A stretch of DNA of 64,000 bases from contig CAXHJY010001571.1 of the NCBI GenBank assembly GCA_964016885.1, forward strand, positions 175,792-239,791. Reading direction: 5' to 3'. The position numbers and the translations under genes are program-made. The DNA is from Eledone cirrhosa. Lineage: Eukaryota. The notes below the pieces were generated by a model that saw only the letters and a list, made by a program, of their open reading frames with translations, did not search any database and had not been told where the DNA came from. This document shows positions 42,238 through 58,262 of the stretch, piece by piece (positions within the stretch are counted from its first letter, which is position 1; every line of letters begins with the position of its first letter).

Positions 42238-42240
<3 letters not shown>
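41597..42240 (-). mobile_element. Family B hammerhead-bearing element, ~415-bp unit + partial tandem + short inverted piece
   Basis: ATAAACGGAAAAAATGAAAC recurs at 41597 and 42012. 42211-42240 is inverted. Homologous to 20030-20750. Confidence 0.82.
41854..41892 (-). ncRNA. Minimal hammerhead ribozyme (palindromic stem III)
   Basis: GTTG-CTGACGA-T-AGCT aata AGCT-T-GAAAC ta GTA-CAGC. Confidence 0.78.
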
Positions 42241-42307
<67 letters not shown>

Positions 42308-42311
42308 GCAA

Positions 42312-42354
<43 letters not shown>

Positions 42355-42528
42355 TTCACACACACTCACACACATACACACCCACATACACACACACAAT
42401 CATCTAAACAAACAAACATAAATACACACACGCACAGATATATATATGTGTGTGTGTATGTATGTTGGTGTATGCCATTATACATTTGTATCTCTAAATA
42501 TGTATATTCCTAATGTGTGTGTGTGTGT

Positions 42529-45160
42529 CAACACAAAAGAGTACAGGGCATAAGTAGTTAATAGACTAAGATCCCTAATATGTTATAATTATACCTTCAA
42601 CACAAAAGAGTACATGACATAAGTAGTTAATAGACTAAGGTCCCTAATATGTTATAACTTCAACACAAAAGAGTACATGACATAAGTAGTTAATAGACTA
42701 AGGTCCCTAATATGTTATAATTATACCTTCAACACAAAAGAGTACATGACATAAGTAATTAATAGACTAAGGTCCCTAATATGTTATAACTTCAACACAA
42801 AAGAGTACATGACATAAGTAGTTAATAGACTAAGGTCCCTAATATGTTATAATTATACCTTCAACACAAAAGAGTACAGGGCATAAGTAGTTAATAGACT
42901 AAGATCCCTAATATGTTATAATTATACCTTCAACACAAAAGAGTACATGACATAAGTAGTTAATAGACTAAGGTCCCTAATATGTTATAATTATACCTTC
43001 AACACAAAAGAGTACAGGGCATAAGTAGTTAATAGACTAAGATCCCTAATATGTTATAATTATACCTTCAACACAAAAGAGTACAGGGCATAAGTAGTTA
43101 ATAGACTAAGATCCCTAATATGTTATAATTATACCTTCAACAAAAAAGAGTACAGGGCATAAGTAGTTAATAGACTAAGGTCCCTAATATGTTATAATTA
43201 TCCCTTCAACACAAAAGTGTACATGACATAAGTAGTTAATAGACTAAGGTCCCTAATATGTTATACCTTCAACACAAAAGTGTACATGACATAAGTAGTT
43301 AATAGACTAAGGTCCCTAATATGTTATAACTTCAACACAAAAGTGTACATGACATAAGTAATTAATAGACTAAGGTCCCTAATATGTTATAACTTCAACA
43401 CAAAAGTGTACATGACATAAGTAATTAATAGACAAAGGTCCCTAATATGTTATAACTTCAACACAAAAGTGTACATGACATAAGTAATTAATAGACTAAG
43501 GTCCCTAATATGTTATAATTATACCTTCAACACAAAAGAGTACATGACATAAGTAGTTAATAGACTAAGGTCCCTAATATGTTATAACTTCAACACAAAA
43601 GTGTACATGACATAAGTAGTTAATAGACTAAGATCCCTAATATGTTATAACTTCAACACAAAAGTGTACATGACATAAGTAGTTAATAGACTAAGGTCCC
43701 TAATATGTTATAACTTCAACACAAAAGTGTACATGACATAAGTAGTTAATAGACTAAGGTCCCTAATATGTTATAACTTCAACACAAAAGTGTACATGAC
43801 ATAAGTAGTTAATAGACTAAGATCCCTAATATGTTATAACTTCAACACAAAAGTGTACATGACATAAGTAGTTAATAGACTAAGGTCCCTAATATGTTAT
43901 AACTTCAACACAAAAGTGTACATGACATAAGTAGTTAATAGACTAAGGTCCCTAATATGTTATAACTTCAACACAAAAGTGTACATGACATAAGTAGTTA
44001 ATAGACTAAGATCCCTAATATGTTATAACTTCAACACAAAAGTGTACATGACATAAGTAGTTAATAGACTAAGATCCCTAATATGTTATAACTTCAACAC
44101 AAAAGTGTACATGACATAAGTAGTTAATAGACTAAGGTCCCTAATATGTTATAATTATACCTTCAACACAAAAGAGTACATGACATAAGTAATTAATAGA
44201 CTAAGGTCCCTAATATGTTATAATTATACCTTCAACACAAAAGAGTACAGGACATAAGTAGTTAATAGACTAAGGTCCCTAATATGTTATAACTTCAACA
44301 CAAAAGTGTACATGACATAAGTAGTTAATAGACTAAGGTCCCTAATATGTTATAATTATACCTTCAACACAAAAGAGTACATGACATAAGTAATTAATAG
44401 ACTAAGGTCCCTAATATGTTATAATTATACCTTCAACACAAAAGAGTACATGACATAAGTAATTAATAGACTAAGGTCCCTAATATGTTATAACTTCAAC
44501 ACAAAAGAGTACAGGACATAAGTAGTTAATAGACTAAGGTCCCTAATATGTTATAATTATACCTTCAACACAAAAGAGTACATGACATAAGTAATTAATA
44601 GACTAAGGTCCCTAATATGTTATAATTATACCTTCAACACAAAAGAGTACATGACATAAGTAATTAATAGACTAAGGTCCCTAATATGTTATAATTATAC
44701 CTTCAACACAAAAGAGTACATGACATAAGTAATTAATAGACTAAGGTCCCTAATATGTTATAACTTCAACACAAAAGAGTACAGGACATAAGTAGTTAAT
44801 AGACTAAGGTCCCTAATATGTTATAATTATACCTTCAACACAAAAGAGTACATGACATAAGTAATTAATAGACTAAGGTCCCTAATATGTTATAATTATA
44901 CCTTCAACACAAAAGAGTACAGGGCATAAGTAGTTAATAGACTAAGGTCCCTAATATGTTATAATTATACCTTCAACACAAAAGAGTACAGGGCATAAGT
45001 AGTTAATAGACTAAGGTCCCTAATATGTTATAACTTCAACACAAAAGAGTATAGGACATAAGTAGTTAATAGTCTGTAATCCCTAACATGTTATAATTAT
45101 AACTTCAACTCAAGAGTACATGACTCAAGCAATTAATATACTAAGGACCCTAATATGTAC
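42529..45160. repeat. 63/69-bp tandem repeat array
   Basis: Unit CAACACAAAAGAGTACATGACATAAGTAGTTAATAGACTAAGGTCCCTAATATGTTATAA(TTATAC)CTT. It has two length variants and a degenerate last unit. Confidence 0.97.
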
Positions 45161-45574
45161 ATTGTAATTATAACTTAAAAAATGACAGGAAGATCATGAA
45201 TAAAATACCTTTCATCTTTAGTGACAATACAAATAACAAATAACTAATACGAGGATAAACCGATCATAGACAATGGAAGGAGAACAATATATTTCAGATG
45301 ATAAACGGTTCGTTTTAAGGGTGTTATCGAAGAATTCCGAAGACGTCATCGAATAAATCTATATAGAATATTGATTGATTCCTCGTCTCAGAGGTTCTGA
45401 CATGTTATATAAAAATTAATATGCACTTCGGTTAAAAAAGGAAAAGTGCTCAATATTATAGTAGAGCGTAATAAATTATTACTGTTCAATGGTCGTGCAA
45501 ATAAAAACGATGTTACGAACCGTAATGTATATATGGCAAACATTATAGATATGGGTGTTGTTTATGAGATAATT

Positions 45575-45692
45575 GTTTCTACTTTTGGCACAAGGCCAGC
45601 AATTATTCCAATGTATTACTGGTACTTTATTTTATCGACCCCCGTAGGGATGAAAGGCAAAGTTAACCTCGGCGGGATTTGAACTCAGAATG
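45575..45692 (-). mobile_element. tRNA-derived SINE fragment
   Basis: Minus-strand B box GAGTTCAAATCC followed by GCCGAGGTTAACTTTGCCTTTCATCC. Homologous to 63620-63800. Confidence 0.75.
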
Positions 45693-45799
45693 GCAAGGGC
45701 CGTAATGAGATAATGAAATATAGGACAACCGTCATATAGCATATACATACATCGCCTCTAATTATACACATGCGCATATATATATATATACACTTGCAG

Positions 45800-45836
<37 letters not shown>

Positions 45837-46132
45837 CACTTGCAGGGACACACACACATATATATATATGTATATAGATAGATATATACACACACACATG
45901 CACACACACACACACACACACGCAGAAAGAACAAAGCAAACGACATAGTACAATGAAGAAATATATTGGTTTAATACTAATTAATGAAGGAAAAAGTCTT
46001 AACATCTCGGACACTAATCCTTCATCAGATGATAGGATGAGAAGTAAAAGATGAAATAGAAAGATAGATAGAGAAGAGGAGGGAGCGGAAAAACACGTGT
46101 GCATTCAGTCTACCATTCTCTCTCTCTCTCTC

Positions 46133-46218
<86 letters not shown>

Positions 46219-46220
<2 letters not shown>

Positions 46221-46410
46221 CGAGGCAGTTGGGGTAAGGAACCGGATTGACCATAACGCAACAGAGTACTCAATACTTAGGGTAGTAGAGTGGGTAATAG
46301 GAAAATGTCTGACCTCGACGGCAGAGTTCAAGCCGTTTCGACGGCTATTTCTGGACTAATCCAGAAATAGACATCGAAACGGCTTGAACTCTGCCGTCGG
46401 GGTCATACAT

Positions 46411-46413
<3 letters not shown>
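46219..46413. mobile_element. Family A palindromic small element in (TA)n
   Basis: GACGGCAGAGTTCAAGCCGTTTCGA..TTCTGGA ctaa TCCAGAA..TCGAAACGGCTTGAACTCTGCCGTC. Confidence 0.82.
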
Positions 46414-46469
<56 letters not shown>

Positions 46470-47117
46470 TGTGTGTGTGTATACACTCATATATATATAT
46501 ATATATTTAAGTCCTTTGGAAGCTTCGACAATGCAAATGGGTAAATCTCCGGGTAACAAGATCCGGTGGTGGAGAGAGAGATGTAAGTGGGTGTACGTTG
46601 AGATGCGTGGTGTCTATAAGATGTGTGAGATGTGTAGAATCAAGGGAAGAGTATAAAGGATAAAAATAAAAATAACAACACAAGAGAGAGTTACCTTGGG
46701 AGAGATTTAATAGTCCCTATATATTTCGGATTTACATCCATCAACTAGGGTTTTTATCCGGGGTGGGGGAAAAGGTTGTCTGTCGGACAAGTCCGGAACG
46801 CGTCTTTCGCTGTTTGTTGTTTTGAATATCTTATATATATATAAAGTACATTTGTTTTGAAACACTGAGCGAGTTTGAAATTAGAAATAGAAGATTTCGC
46901 CGTATTTTTTACTAAAGAAGTTTTAGCCTGATAGTGGGGTTTAGAACACTCAAAGAAATGGAAAAAGATGAGTATTGACGTACATGGGATTGGAACCCAC
47001 ATCTTTGCTTATTCAGACCACTGTACTACCATTGATGCGGGTTCGACTCCCATGTACGTCAATGCTCATCTTTTTCCATTTCTTCTATATTATATATTTC
47101 TTCTATGTATATATATT

Positions 47118-47246
<129 letters not shown>

Positions 47247-48294
47247 ATACATTCTCCCATACGCTTGTATATTTTTGAACAATACTTATAAACAAAAATC
47301 AAAATTTTCAAAGATTGTCAACGTGAAAGGTGTAATCGATTTTCAAGGCGCTATCAACTATTAATATGATCCTGCAATTCAGATAAGCCACCAACAGATT
47401 TAACACCAAATATATTTAAACGTTTATTTCTATTTTTAGAAAAATATATTCATTTCATTAAACTGTATTTGTTGGATACTAAATATATTTGTTATTCTGT
47501 CAATATTTTCTTGTATTATTCGGAAGTTTAAATACAAGAAACAACAAAATAATATATATGCTTCACTGTGGAAATCTAATAAGATGGAATTATCACAGGA
47601 TTCTTCATTTAAAAATCCACTCAACAAAGCATGTTATGTAGATTTTTGGAATATGAAACTGAAGTCACCTTGACTTTGCCATCCAAACCTGAAGAAAGGG
47701 ATGTTTAAGTATTGCTTCCAAAACGCGAATCAATTTTCAAATAGCCGGACAAAAGAAATAATACTACGTTGGCTAACCACAAATGTAAATTGAAAGATAG
47801 AAATAGGACTTCTTCTTCAAATAGAAAACACGCAAACGACCCAGACCTTATTTCAATGGCTAGAAATGGCTCAGTTATATACGGACTCAGTTATGGCTCA
47901 GTTATGTACGGACGAGGTGAGGGAACATCAAGAGAAATTTTTATAGCGCCTCAACGTAAACTCACGTCACTGAATTTATTTTTAAACAATGGAAAATGCC
48001 ACCTAAAACGGAATAACTCCTCAGTTGTCTAGGATTATCCCGATTAGTTGAGCAGCCACCCATAGCCATCGCCTAATTAAAGCTTTCCCTCAAACTATAC
48101 CACACAGACATTTCATCACAGATTCAATTCCATATATACACGATATGAGATCCCTGTTCTTCGACTCTTAATAACTTCTCTGTCTCTGGGAAATAGATTT
48201 CGTTTATCCACATATATCCCTGTACATATGCCTATCAGTCTGTCTAGCAGTCTAGATGTCTGTCAGCCTATGTCTGTCTCTCTCCCCCACTCAC

Positions 48295-51065
<2,771 letters not shown>

Positions 51066-51067
<2 letters not shown>

Positions 51068-51248
51068 TAAGTTATTCCGGGTTGAATCGGAAGTAACCAC
51101 AGTAAGTAAGGGACTCAATACATAGCAGAGTATAAAAGTTTTAATATAGATGAGATTCTACAGGACTAGAACTGTTTCATTCTTTAGAAATCATCCTGAT
51201 GATTTCTAAAGAATGAAACAGTTCTGGTCCTGTAGAATCTCATCTATA

Positions 51249-51250
<2 letters not shown>
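51066..51250. mobile_element. Family C palindromic element retaining the hammerhead core at the fold-back centre
   Basis: CTGATGA-T-TTC taaa GAA-T-GAAAC agttctg GTC-CTGTAGAA, mirrored on the left arm. Confidence 0.78.
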
Positions 51251-51285
<35 letters not shown>

Positions 51286-51288
<3 letters not shown>

Positions 51289-51420
51289 GAAGGAAATGTG
51301 GTAAGGAACCAGATGGACCATAACGCACCAAAGTACTCAATACTTAGGGTAGTAGAGTGGGTAATAGGAACGAGTAGGACCCCGACGGCTGAGTTCAGCC
51401 GTCGGGGTCCTACTCGTTCC

Positions 51421-51422
<2 letters not shown>
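51286..51422. mobile_element. Family A element folded back at putative stem III
   Basis: GGAACGAGTAGGACCCCGACGGCTGA gt TCAGCCGTCGGGGTCCTACTCGTTCC. Confidence 0.8.
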
Positions 51423-51453
<31 letters not shown>

Positions 51454-51509
51454 CACTTTTTACAATTCCACCCCGCCCGTCCCCTTAATCTATTTTATTT
51501 CTCATTCGT

Positions 51510-51545
51510 TCTTCTGATGAAGGACTAGCGTCCGAAACGTTAAGA
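51510..51545 (+). ncRNA. Minimal hammerhead ribozyme (dimer-type), family E
   Basis: TCTT-CTGATGA-A-GGA ctagcg TCC-GAAAC-GTT-AAGA. Stem III is the loopless palindrome AACGTT. A degenerate relative lies on the minus strand at ~45987-46030. Confidence 0.78.
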
Positions 51546-51664
51546 CCCTCTTCCTACTATATCAAGCGTTAACCTAATATATACCTTCCATATACTGTAC
51601 CGATTGTGTTGTTATTTCTGTTTACCTTTTACACCCACCCCCCCACACACACACACAGAGACAG

Positions 51665-51731
<67 letters not shown>

Positions 51732-51736
51732 TATAT

Positions 51737-52363
51737 ATAGTGTATATTGCAAACACAGTATGCTTAATTAAAAGCATTTCAAAGACCTTACGCTATTGTT
51801 TTAGAGTAGTGACAGTCTCACTTACTTTAATTTTCAGCAAACAGGGCAGATAAAGCTGACAGAGCTCTGTTTCGCACTTTTCGGTGCTTATCAAAGCTAA
51901 GTACTCCGCATATTTGCTGAAAATCATGAATGTCTTATTATTATAGAATTCTAATAATATAGTGTATCTAGTATATATAGTGTATTGCAAAATACACTAT
52001 ATATACATTCATATATATATAGCTATTTCAGAGCACCAATTCTAATTTTCAAATTCTGCTTGACCGGCAACCGCTCTGTATAATCAGTTCCTGATTATTA
52101 CTAGAATTCCATAAGAATCAAACATTCATGATTTTCAGCAGGCAGGCGGAGTACTTAGCTTTGATAAGCACCAACAAGTGCGAAACAGAAGTCTGTCAGC
52201 TTTATCTCCCCGTTTGCTGAAAATTAAAGTAAGTGAGACTGTCACTACTCTAAAACAATAGCGTAAGGTCTTCGAAATGCTTTTAATTAAGCATACAGTG
52301 TATTGCAAAATACACTATATATACATTCATATATATATCGCTATTTCAGAGCACCAATTCTAA
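51737..52363. mobile_element. Family D hammerhead element: inverted arm + 318-bp unit with terminal redundancy
   Basis: 51737-51955 is the reverse complement of part of 52095-52320. 51979-52045 repeats at 52297-52363. Confidence 0.85.
52157..52201 (+). ncRNA. Hammerhead ribozyme with U3-A8 variant core (second copy on - at 51854-51898)
   Basis: AGCT-TTGATAA-GCAC caacaa GTGC-GAAAC-AGA ag TCT-GTC-AGCT. Confidence 0.82.
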
Positions 52364-52420
52364 TATATATATATAAAAGGTAAACAGAAATAAAAACACA
52401 ATCGGCACAGAATATCGGAT

Positions 52421-52485
<65 letters not shown>

Positions 52486-52488
<3 letters not shown>

Positions 52489-53383
52489 GAGGTGTGTCAT
52501 AAAAGTTCCAGGACTGATGTCATAAAAGATTTATTTCAAACCCGATCTTCGCACTAAGAGTTTTCTCCTCCAAGTAATCCCCCTGGAGTATGTAACTGTA
52601 ATCTTAGCTCTCTGCAGCGATCAAACTTTTTTCATCATAATTTTATATACATGTCCTCTGTTTCAGGTCGTCAAGCAATGAGCACAGAGCAACGAACAAA
52701 CTTGAAAACTCCGTCAGAAGCACTGGGATTGCTGCAGCAAGTGTATGGAAATGAGACGATGTCACGCTCACGTGTTTTTGAGTTTGTGCAAGAGGTTTAA
52801 AGAAGGACGCGAGGACATGGAAGTTAACCCAAGGAGCGGACGGCCCTGAACAACCAGGACTGAGGTCAAAGTTGAGCGTGTCAGGCAGATGGTACGTAGC
52901 GATCGTCGGTTGACTGTTCAACTGATGGCAAATGGGCTGGGCATGAATCGGGACAGCGTCAGGAAGATTCTCACTGAAGATTTGGACATGAGAAAGACTG
53001 TGCGAAATGGTGCCAAAACGGCTGAACGATGACCAGAAGGGTCGACGCATGCAAGTGTGCCAGGACATCCTCGAGCATCTTGAAACCGAACCAGACTTGT
53101 TAGGGACAGTCATCACCGGTGATGAGTCATGGATCTTCGAGTACGACCCGGAGGGGACCCGTTTTGAAGACGTGGACGACATCAAAAAGGCCGTGACGAC
53201 AGAACTGCGGAGGATCCCGGAAGAATCCTTCCAGGAGTGCATGCAAGCCTGGCAGAAAAGGATGGAAAAGTCTATTAGACTCCAGGGGGATTACTTTGAA
53301 GGAAAACACTCTTAGTGTGAAGTTTGGGTTTGAAATAAATCTTTTGTGACATCAGTCCTGGAACTTTCCTGACACATCTCGTA
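52486..53383 (+). mobile_element. Internally deleted Tc1/mariner DNA transposon
   Basis: TIRs ACGAGGTGTGTCATAAAAGTTCCAGGACTGATGTCA..TTTATTTCAAACCC with an inverse at 53326-53383, TA flanks. Transposase remnant VPKRL..VITGDESWIFEYDPE is fused directly to C-terminal RFEDVDDIK..QGDYFEG. Confidence 0.93.
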
Positions 53384-53781
53384 TATACATAGCTTGTTTA
53401 TGATGTGGGTGGTCTGTGAACATGTTTGCCCAAATAAGCTGTGTGTATGTAAAAGACAATGGCAGACTCACATACTCATTCACAACCACAGACAGCAATA
53501 TGTACTACGTCTCTCGTGTGTAAGTATATGTGTGTTTTTGTTATACAAACAGACAAGTTTATATGAGAAGGCTTCACAGACCCCACACCCTCACGACAAT
53601 ACAATATAAGACAACAACAATTTGAGCTACGTCAGTAATATTGAAGGGAAAGTCATCAAGTGTGACACTGCTGAGGTTTGCTTTAAACGGAATTGTCATG
53701 GCAACAAACTATTAATATCAGCTGTCATGTCATTATATATTTATACATACACATATATACTTATATATAAATTTATATATT

Positions 53782-53938
<157 letters not shown>

Positions 53939-53986
53939 TATATATATATATATACATATATATATACATATATATATATATATACT

Positions 53987-54045
<59 letters not shown>

Positions 54046-54627
54046 CGGCGATGAATTAGTTTTGCGAGGTTTTTTATATGAAATCGTGTGTCGAAACAGA
54101 TATTGTTATATTTGGGGAGGGTCATATTTGCGTAATATTGCCAGAATTAATAACAGAACACACTCACTGTTTGGTTGGTTTTCGCTTCTCGCTGTCTTTT
54201 ATATATATATATCTGCGATCTAACTTACTCGGTCCTCAATGTTGCCATTGACTGACCGGCGGTCAAAAATAATACAGATACAATATAGACACAAACACAT
54301 ATATATAGTTTACATAATTTACATAAATCTTTCGTTGCACATCTGCAACATCGTCAGTGGTGTTATATTCATTGTTCCTCCTGTTGTGTTGTATGTCTAC
54401 GCCATTTTTTTTTTGTTCAGTCTGTCTATATATTTATTTATTTATTTGCTTGTTTGTTTATCTTATTTTATTTTGTCTTCTTTGCGCATGCGTTTGCGTG
54501 TGTGTATAGTGTTATGTGTGATGTGTGACTAGTGTGTATAGTGTTGTGTCTGCTGGGTGACTAGTGTGTGTTTATGTGCTTGTGTATGTATTTATTTATC
54601 TTATTTTATTTAATTTTATTTACTTAT

Positions 54628-56505
54628 TTATACTTCTCTTAGGTCAGTGTTGTTTGTTTGGGTGTTGTTGTTGTTCCACTCATTCTTTCTGTTTAGCTTT
54701 GGTCTTCTAATTTCTATTTCACTGGCCTCTCTGATTCGCCTATCTGCTGGGTCATTCCTATGTTTAGATATTATTCTAATTTCTATGTTGTCTATGTTAC
54801 CGTCATGTTGTTGTCTAGCATGTTCGTATAGTACTGACCCGTTTTTTCGTCCTTTTAGTTCCCCCCAGTGTTGGTCTATCCTTTCACCTATGCTACGAGC
54901 TGTCTCACCTATGTATGTTGTTGTCGTGTTTCTGCAAGTACCCTCTGTACATCTTATGCTATAGACTACGTTTCTAGTTTTACAGTTTATCCGGGGGTTC
55001 ACCTTACATATGATACATTTCCTATTGGTACAGTGGGTTTTCTTAAAAGGGTAGGTTTTGCTGATCAGGGATTTTATGGTGGTTCCTGGCTTTTCTACCA
55101 CCTTTATTTTTAAGTGGGTCTTTCTCAGGGCCTTTCTACACTGGTTAGCTAATTTCCCTCCTGGGGTGGCGTCCACAAACATGACACTCTGATATCTCTA
55201 GTTGTCGTACCATGATGTGGCCTTCCCTATCTTATGTCTAGCCCTATCTAAGCTATTCCATGATTTGCTCCTGTATAGTGGGCAAATTCCTTTCATGTCC
55301 AGTTCTATGAGGGTCTTATACTTTTCCATGGCTCCTTCGTATACTCTGACTCTGTCTCTTTGGTTGTAGCCAGAGAACTGCATGCGGTTGATGAAGTGTT
55401 GGATGTGTCCTTCCATTTCTGTTGGGTCGCACATGCTGGACACATTCTTCATCACTCGTACCAAATCTGCGATCAGAATATTAAACTTAGCATTACTGGA
55501 CATTGCTGAGTTTTTGAGTATCAGGTATTTGGAGGCCATGGGTTTAGCATAGTGTGAGAGGAGAATTTGGGCTCTCTCGTCTATAGTGTTAATCCAGAGT
55601 TCTGTGTCTAATACGGGTAGTCTATTGTTAGGGTGTTTGGAAGGGAAGTCTATAGTTACAGTTATACTCTGGTGTATGGAATTAGCTATCTGCTGGATGC
55701 TTTCCATTGTGCTACGTTCTAAGTCAAAATTGTTAGTGCTCTCTAGTGGGGGTGTTCTTATAACTATATTGATATCGTCTACATAACGAGAGTACATGAT
55801 GAGGTCTATGGAGCTTTCATTAAGGAGATCTTTAAGTCTCCTTTCCCACCATACCATGAAAAGGTTGGCAACATCACCAGCTATGCTGACGCCGATGGCT
55901 GCTCCCTCATTTTGGGTGTAGATTTTCTCATTGAACTTAAATATGTGGCCCTTTAGGGTAGTTTTGATACTAGCCCCTATTGCATGTGCGACTATTTTTC
56001 TTACCTGATCAGTGTTTTGGGGGGTCCGTATAGCTTTGGTCCACCCAATCCACCTTCCTATGGGAGTCTTTTTAGCCATTGAGGTTATGGTGGGGGGTCT
56101 ACCTCTTATAGGTCTACTAGGGCAGAAACATCTAAGGTCATGGCTGTCTAGGTAGTCAGTGTCGTAGGTAAGTCTAAGTAGGAGGCCCAGTTCGTCTGTG
56201 TCGACGTCGCAGAACTCCACCTCACTCTCAATGATCATCTCCACACATCTTTTCACAGCAAAATCAATGTTAATGGATGGGTACAGTGACACCACATCCA
56301 TGCTGCCTATTATGCAGTTGGATAGGCTCCTGTTTTTGTTGCACTCACTGATTCTGCTGAGGAGGTCCTCTGTACTTTCACATACATCTGAGGACATCTT
56401 GATTATGGGGCGTATAACCACTGAGAGGAAGTAGGAGATCCTGTAGTTGCTAGCTATATTAGCTCCGCATACGGGTCTTGTTGGTGGTCCTGTTGTCGGG
56501 TCGTC
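54628..56505 (-). pseudogene. PLE RT + GIY-YIG ORF, left arm, 5'-truncated with one CAG-to-TAG stop at 55198-55200
   Basis: GPPTRPVCGA, SMDVVSLYPSI, GAAIGVSIAGDVANL, SRYVDD and VVYSIRC..YIGETARS. Confidence 0.92.
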
Positions 56506-57992
56506 GACCTATAAGAGGTAGACCCCCCACCATAACCTCAATGGCTAAAAAGACTCCCATAGGAAGGTGGATTGGGTGGACCAAAGCTATACGGACCCCC
56601 CAAAACACTGATCAGGTAAGAAAAATTGTCGCACATGCAATAGGGGGTAGTATCAAAACTACCCTAAAGGGCCACATATTTAAGTTCAATGAGAAATACT
56701 ACACCCAAAATGAGGGAGCAGCCATCGGCGTCAGCATAGCTGGTGATGTTGCCAACCTTTTCATGGTATGGTGGGAAAGGAGACTTAAAGATCTCCTTAA
56801 TGAAAGCTCCATAGACCTCATCATGTACTCTCGTTATGTAGACGATATCAATATAGTTATAAGAACACCCCCACTAGAGAGCACTAACAATTTTGATTTA
56901 GAACGTAGCACAATGGAAAGCATCCAGCAGATAGCTAATTCCATACACCAGAGTATAACTGTAACTATAGACTTCCCTTCCAAACACCCTAACAATAGAC
57001 TACCCGTATTAGACACAGAACTCTGGATTAACACTATAGACGAGAGATCCCAAATTCTCCACTCACACTATGCTAAACCCATGGCCTCCAAATACCTGAT
57101 ACTCAAAAACTCAGCAATGTCCAGTAGTGCTAAGTTTAATATTCTGATCGTAGATTTGGTACGAGTGATGAAGAATGTGTCCAGCATGTGCGACCCAACA
57201 GAAATGGAAGGACACATCCAACACTTCATCAACCGCATGCAGTTCTCTGGCTACAACCAAAGAGACAGAGTCAGAGTATACGAAGGAGCCATGGAAAAGT
57301 ATAAGACCCTCGTAGAACTGGACATGAAAGGAATTTGCCCACTATACAGGAGCAAATCATGGAATAGCTTAGATAGGGCTAGACATAAGATAGGGAAGGC
57401 CACATCATGGTACGACAACCAGAGATATCAGAGTGTCATGTTTGTGGACGCCACCCCTGGAGGGAAATTAGCTAACCAGTGTAGAAAGGCCCTGAGAAAG
57501 ACCCACTTAAAAATAAAGGTGGTAGAAAAGCCAGGAACCACCATAAAATCCCTGATCAGCAAAACCTACCCTTTTAAGAAAACCCACTGTACCAATAGGA
57601 AATGTATCATATGTAAGGTGAACCCCCGGATAAACTGTAAAACTAGAAACGTAGTCTATAGCATAAGATGTACAGAGGGTACTTGCAGAAACATGACAAC
57701 AACATACATAGGTGAGACAGCTCGTAGCATAGGTGAAAGGATAGACCAACACTGGGGGGAACTAAAAGGACGAAAAAACGGATCAGTACTATACGAACAT
57801 GCTAGACAACAACATGACGGTAACATAGACAACATAGAAATTAGAATAATATCTAAACATAGGAATGACCCAGCAGATAGGCAAATCAGAGAGGCTAGTG
57901 AAATAGAAATTAGAAGACCAAAGCTAAACAGAAAGAATGAGTGGAACAACAACAACACCCAAACAAACAACACTGACCTAAGAGAAGTATAA
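56506..57992 (+). pseudogene. PLE RT (C-terminal part) + GIY-YIG, right arm, 5'-truncated but open
   Basis: RYVDD, LPVLD, FVDATPGG, Cys-rich linker CTNRKCIICK..C and VVY/YIG motif. The listed start at 56478 lies across the inversion junction. Confidence 0.92.
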
Positions 57993-58262
57993 ATAAGTAA
58001 ATAAAATTAAATAAAATAAGATAAATAAATACATACACAAGCATATAAACACACACTAGTCACCCAGCAGACACAACACTATACACACTAGTCACACATC
58101 ACACATAACACTATACACACACGCAAACGCATGCGCAAAGAAGACAAAATAAAATAAGATAAACAAACAAGCAAATAAATAAATAAATATATAGACAGAC
58201 TGAACAAAAAAAAAATGTCGTAGACATACAACACAACAGGAGGAACAATGAATATAACACCA

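Noticed and set aside
42529-45160. CRISPR-like regular array
   Set aside because: The units are contiguous near-identical repeats with no unique spacers, there are no cas genes and the context is eukaryotic.
47685-47730. CTGAAGA..stem..AAAAC hammerhead-like remnant
   Set aside because: GAAA and the cleavage triplet are missing, so it could be chance.
55198-55200. In-frame stop in the PLE ORF as possible recoding (selenocysteine or readthrough)
   Set aside because: It is TAG, not TGA, and the sister arm has CAG (Gln) there, so it is a simple C-to-T mutation.
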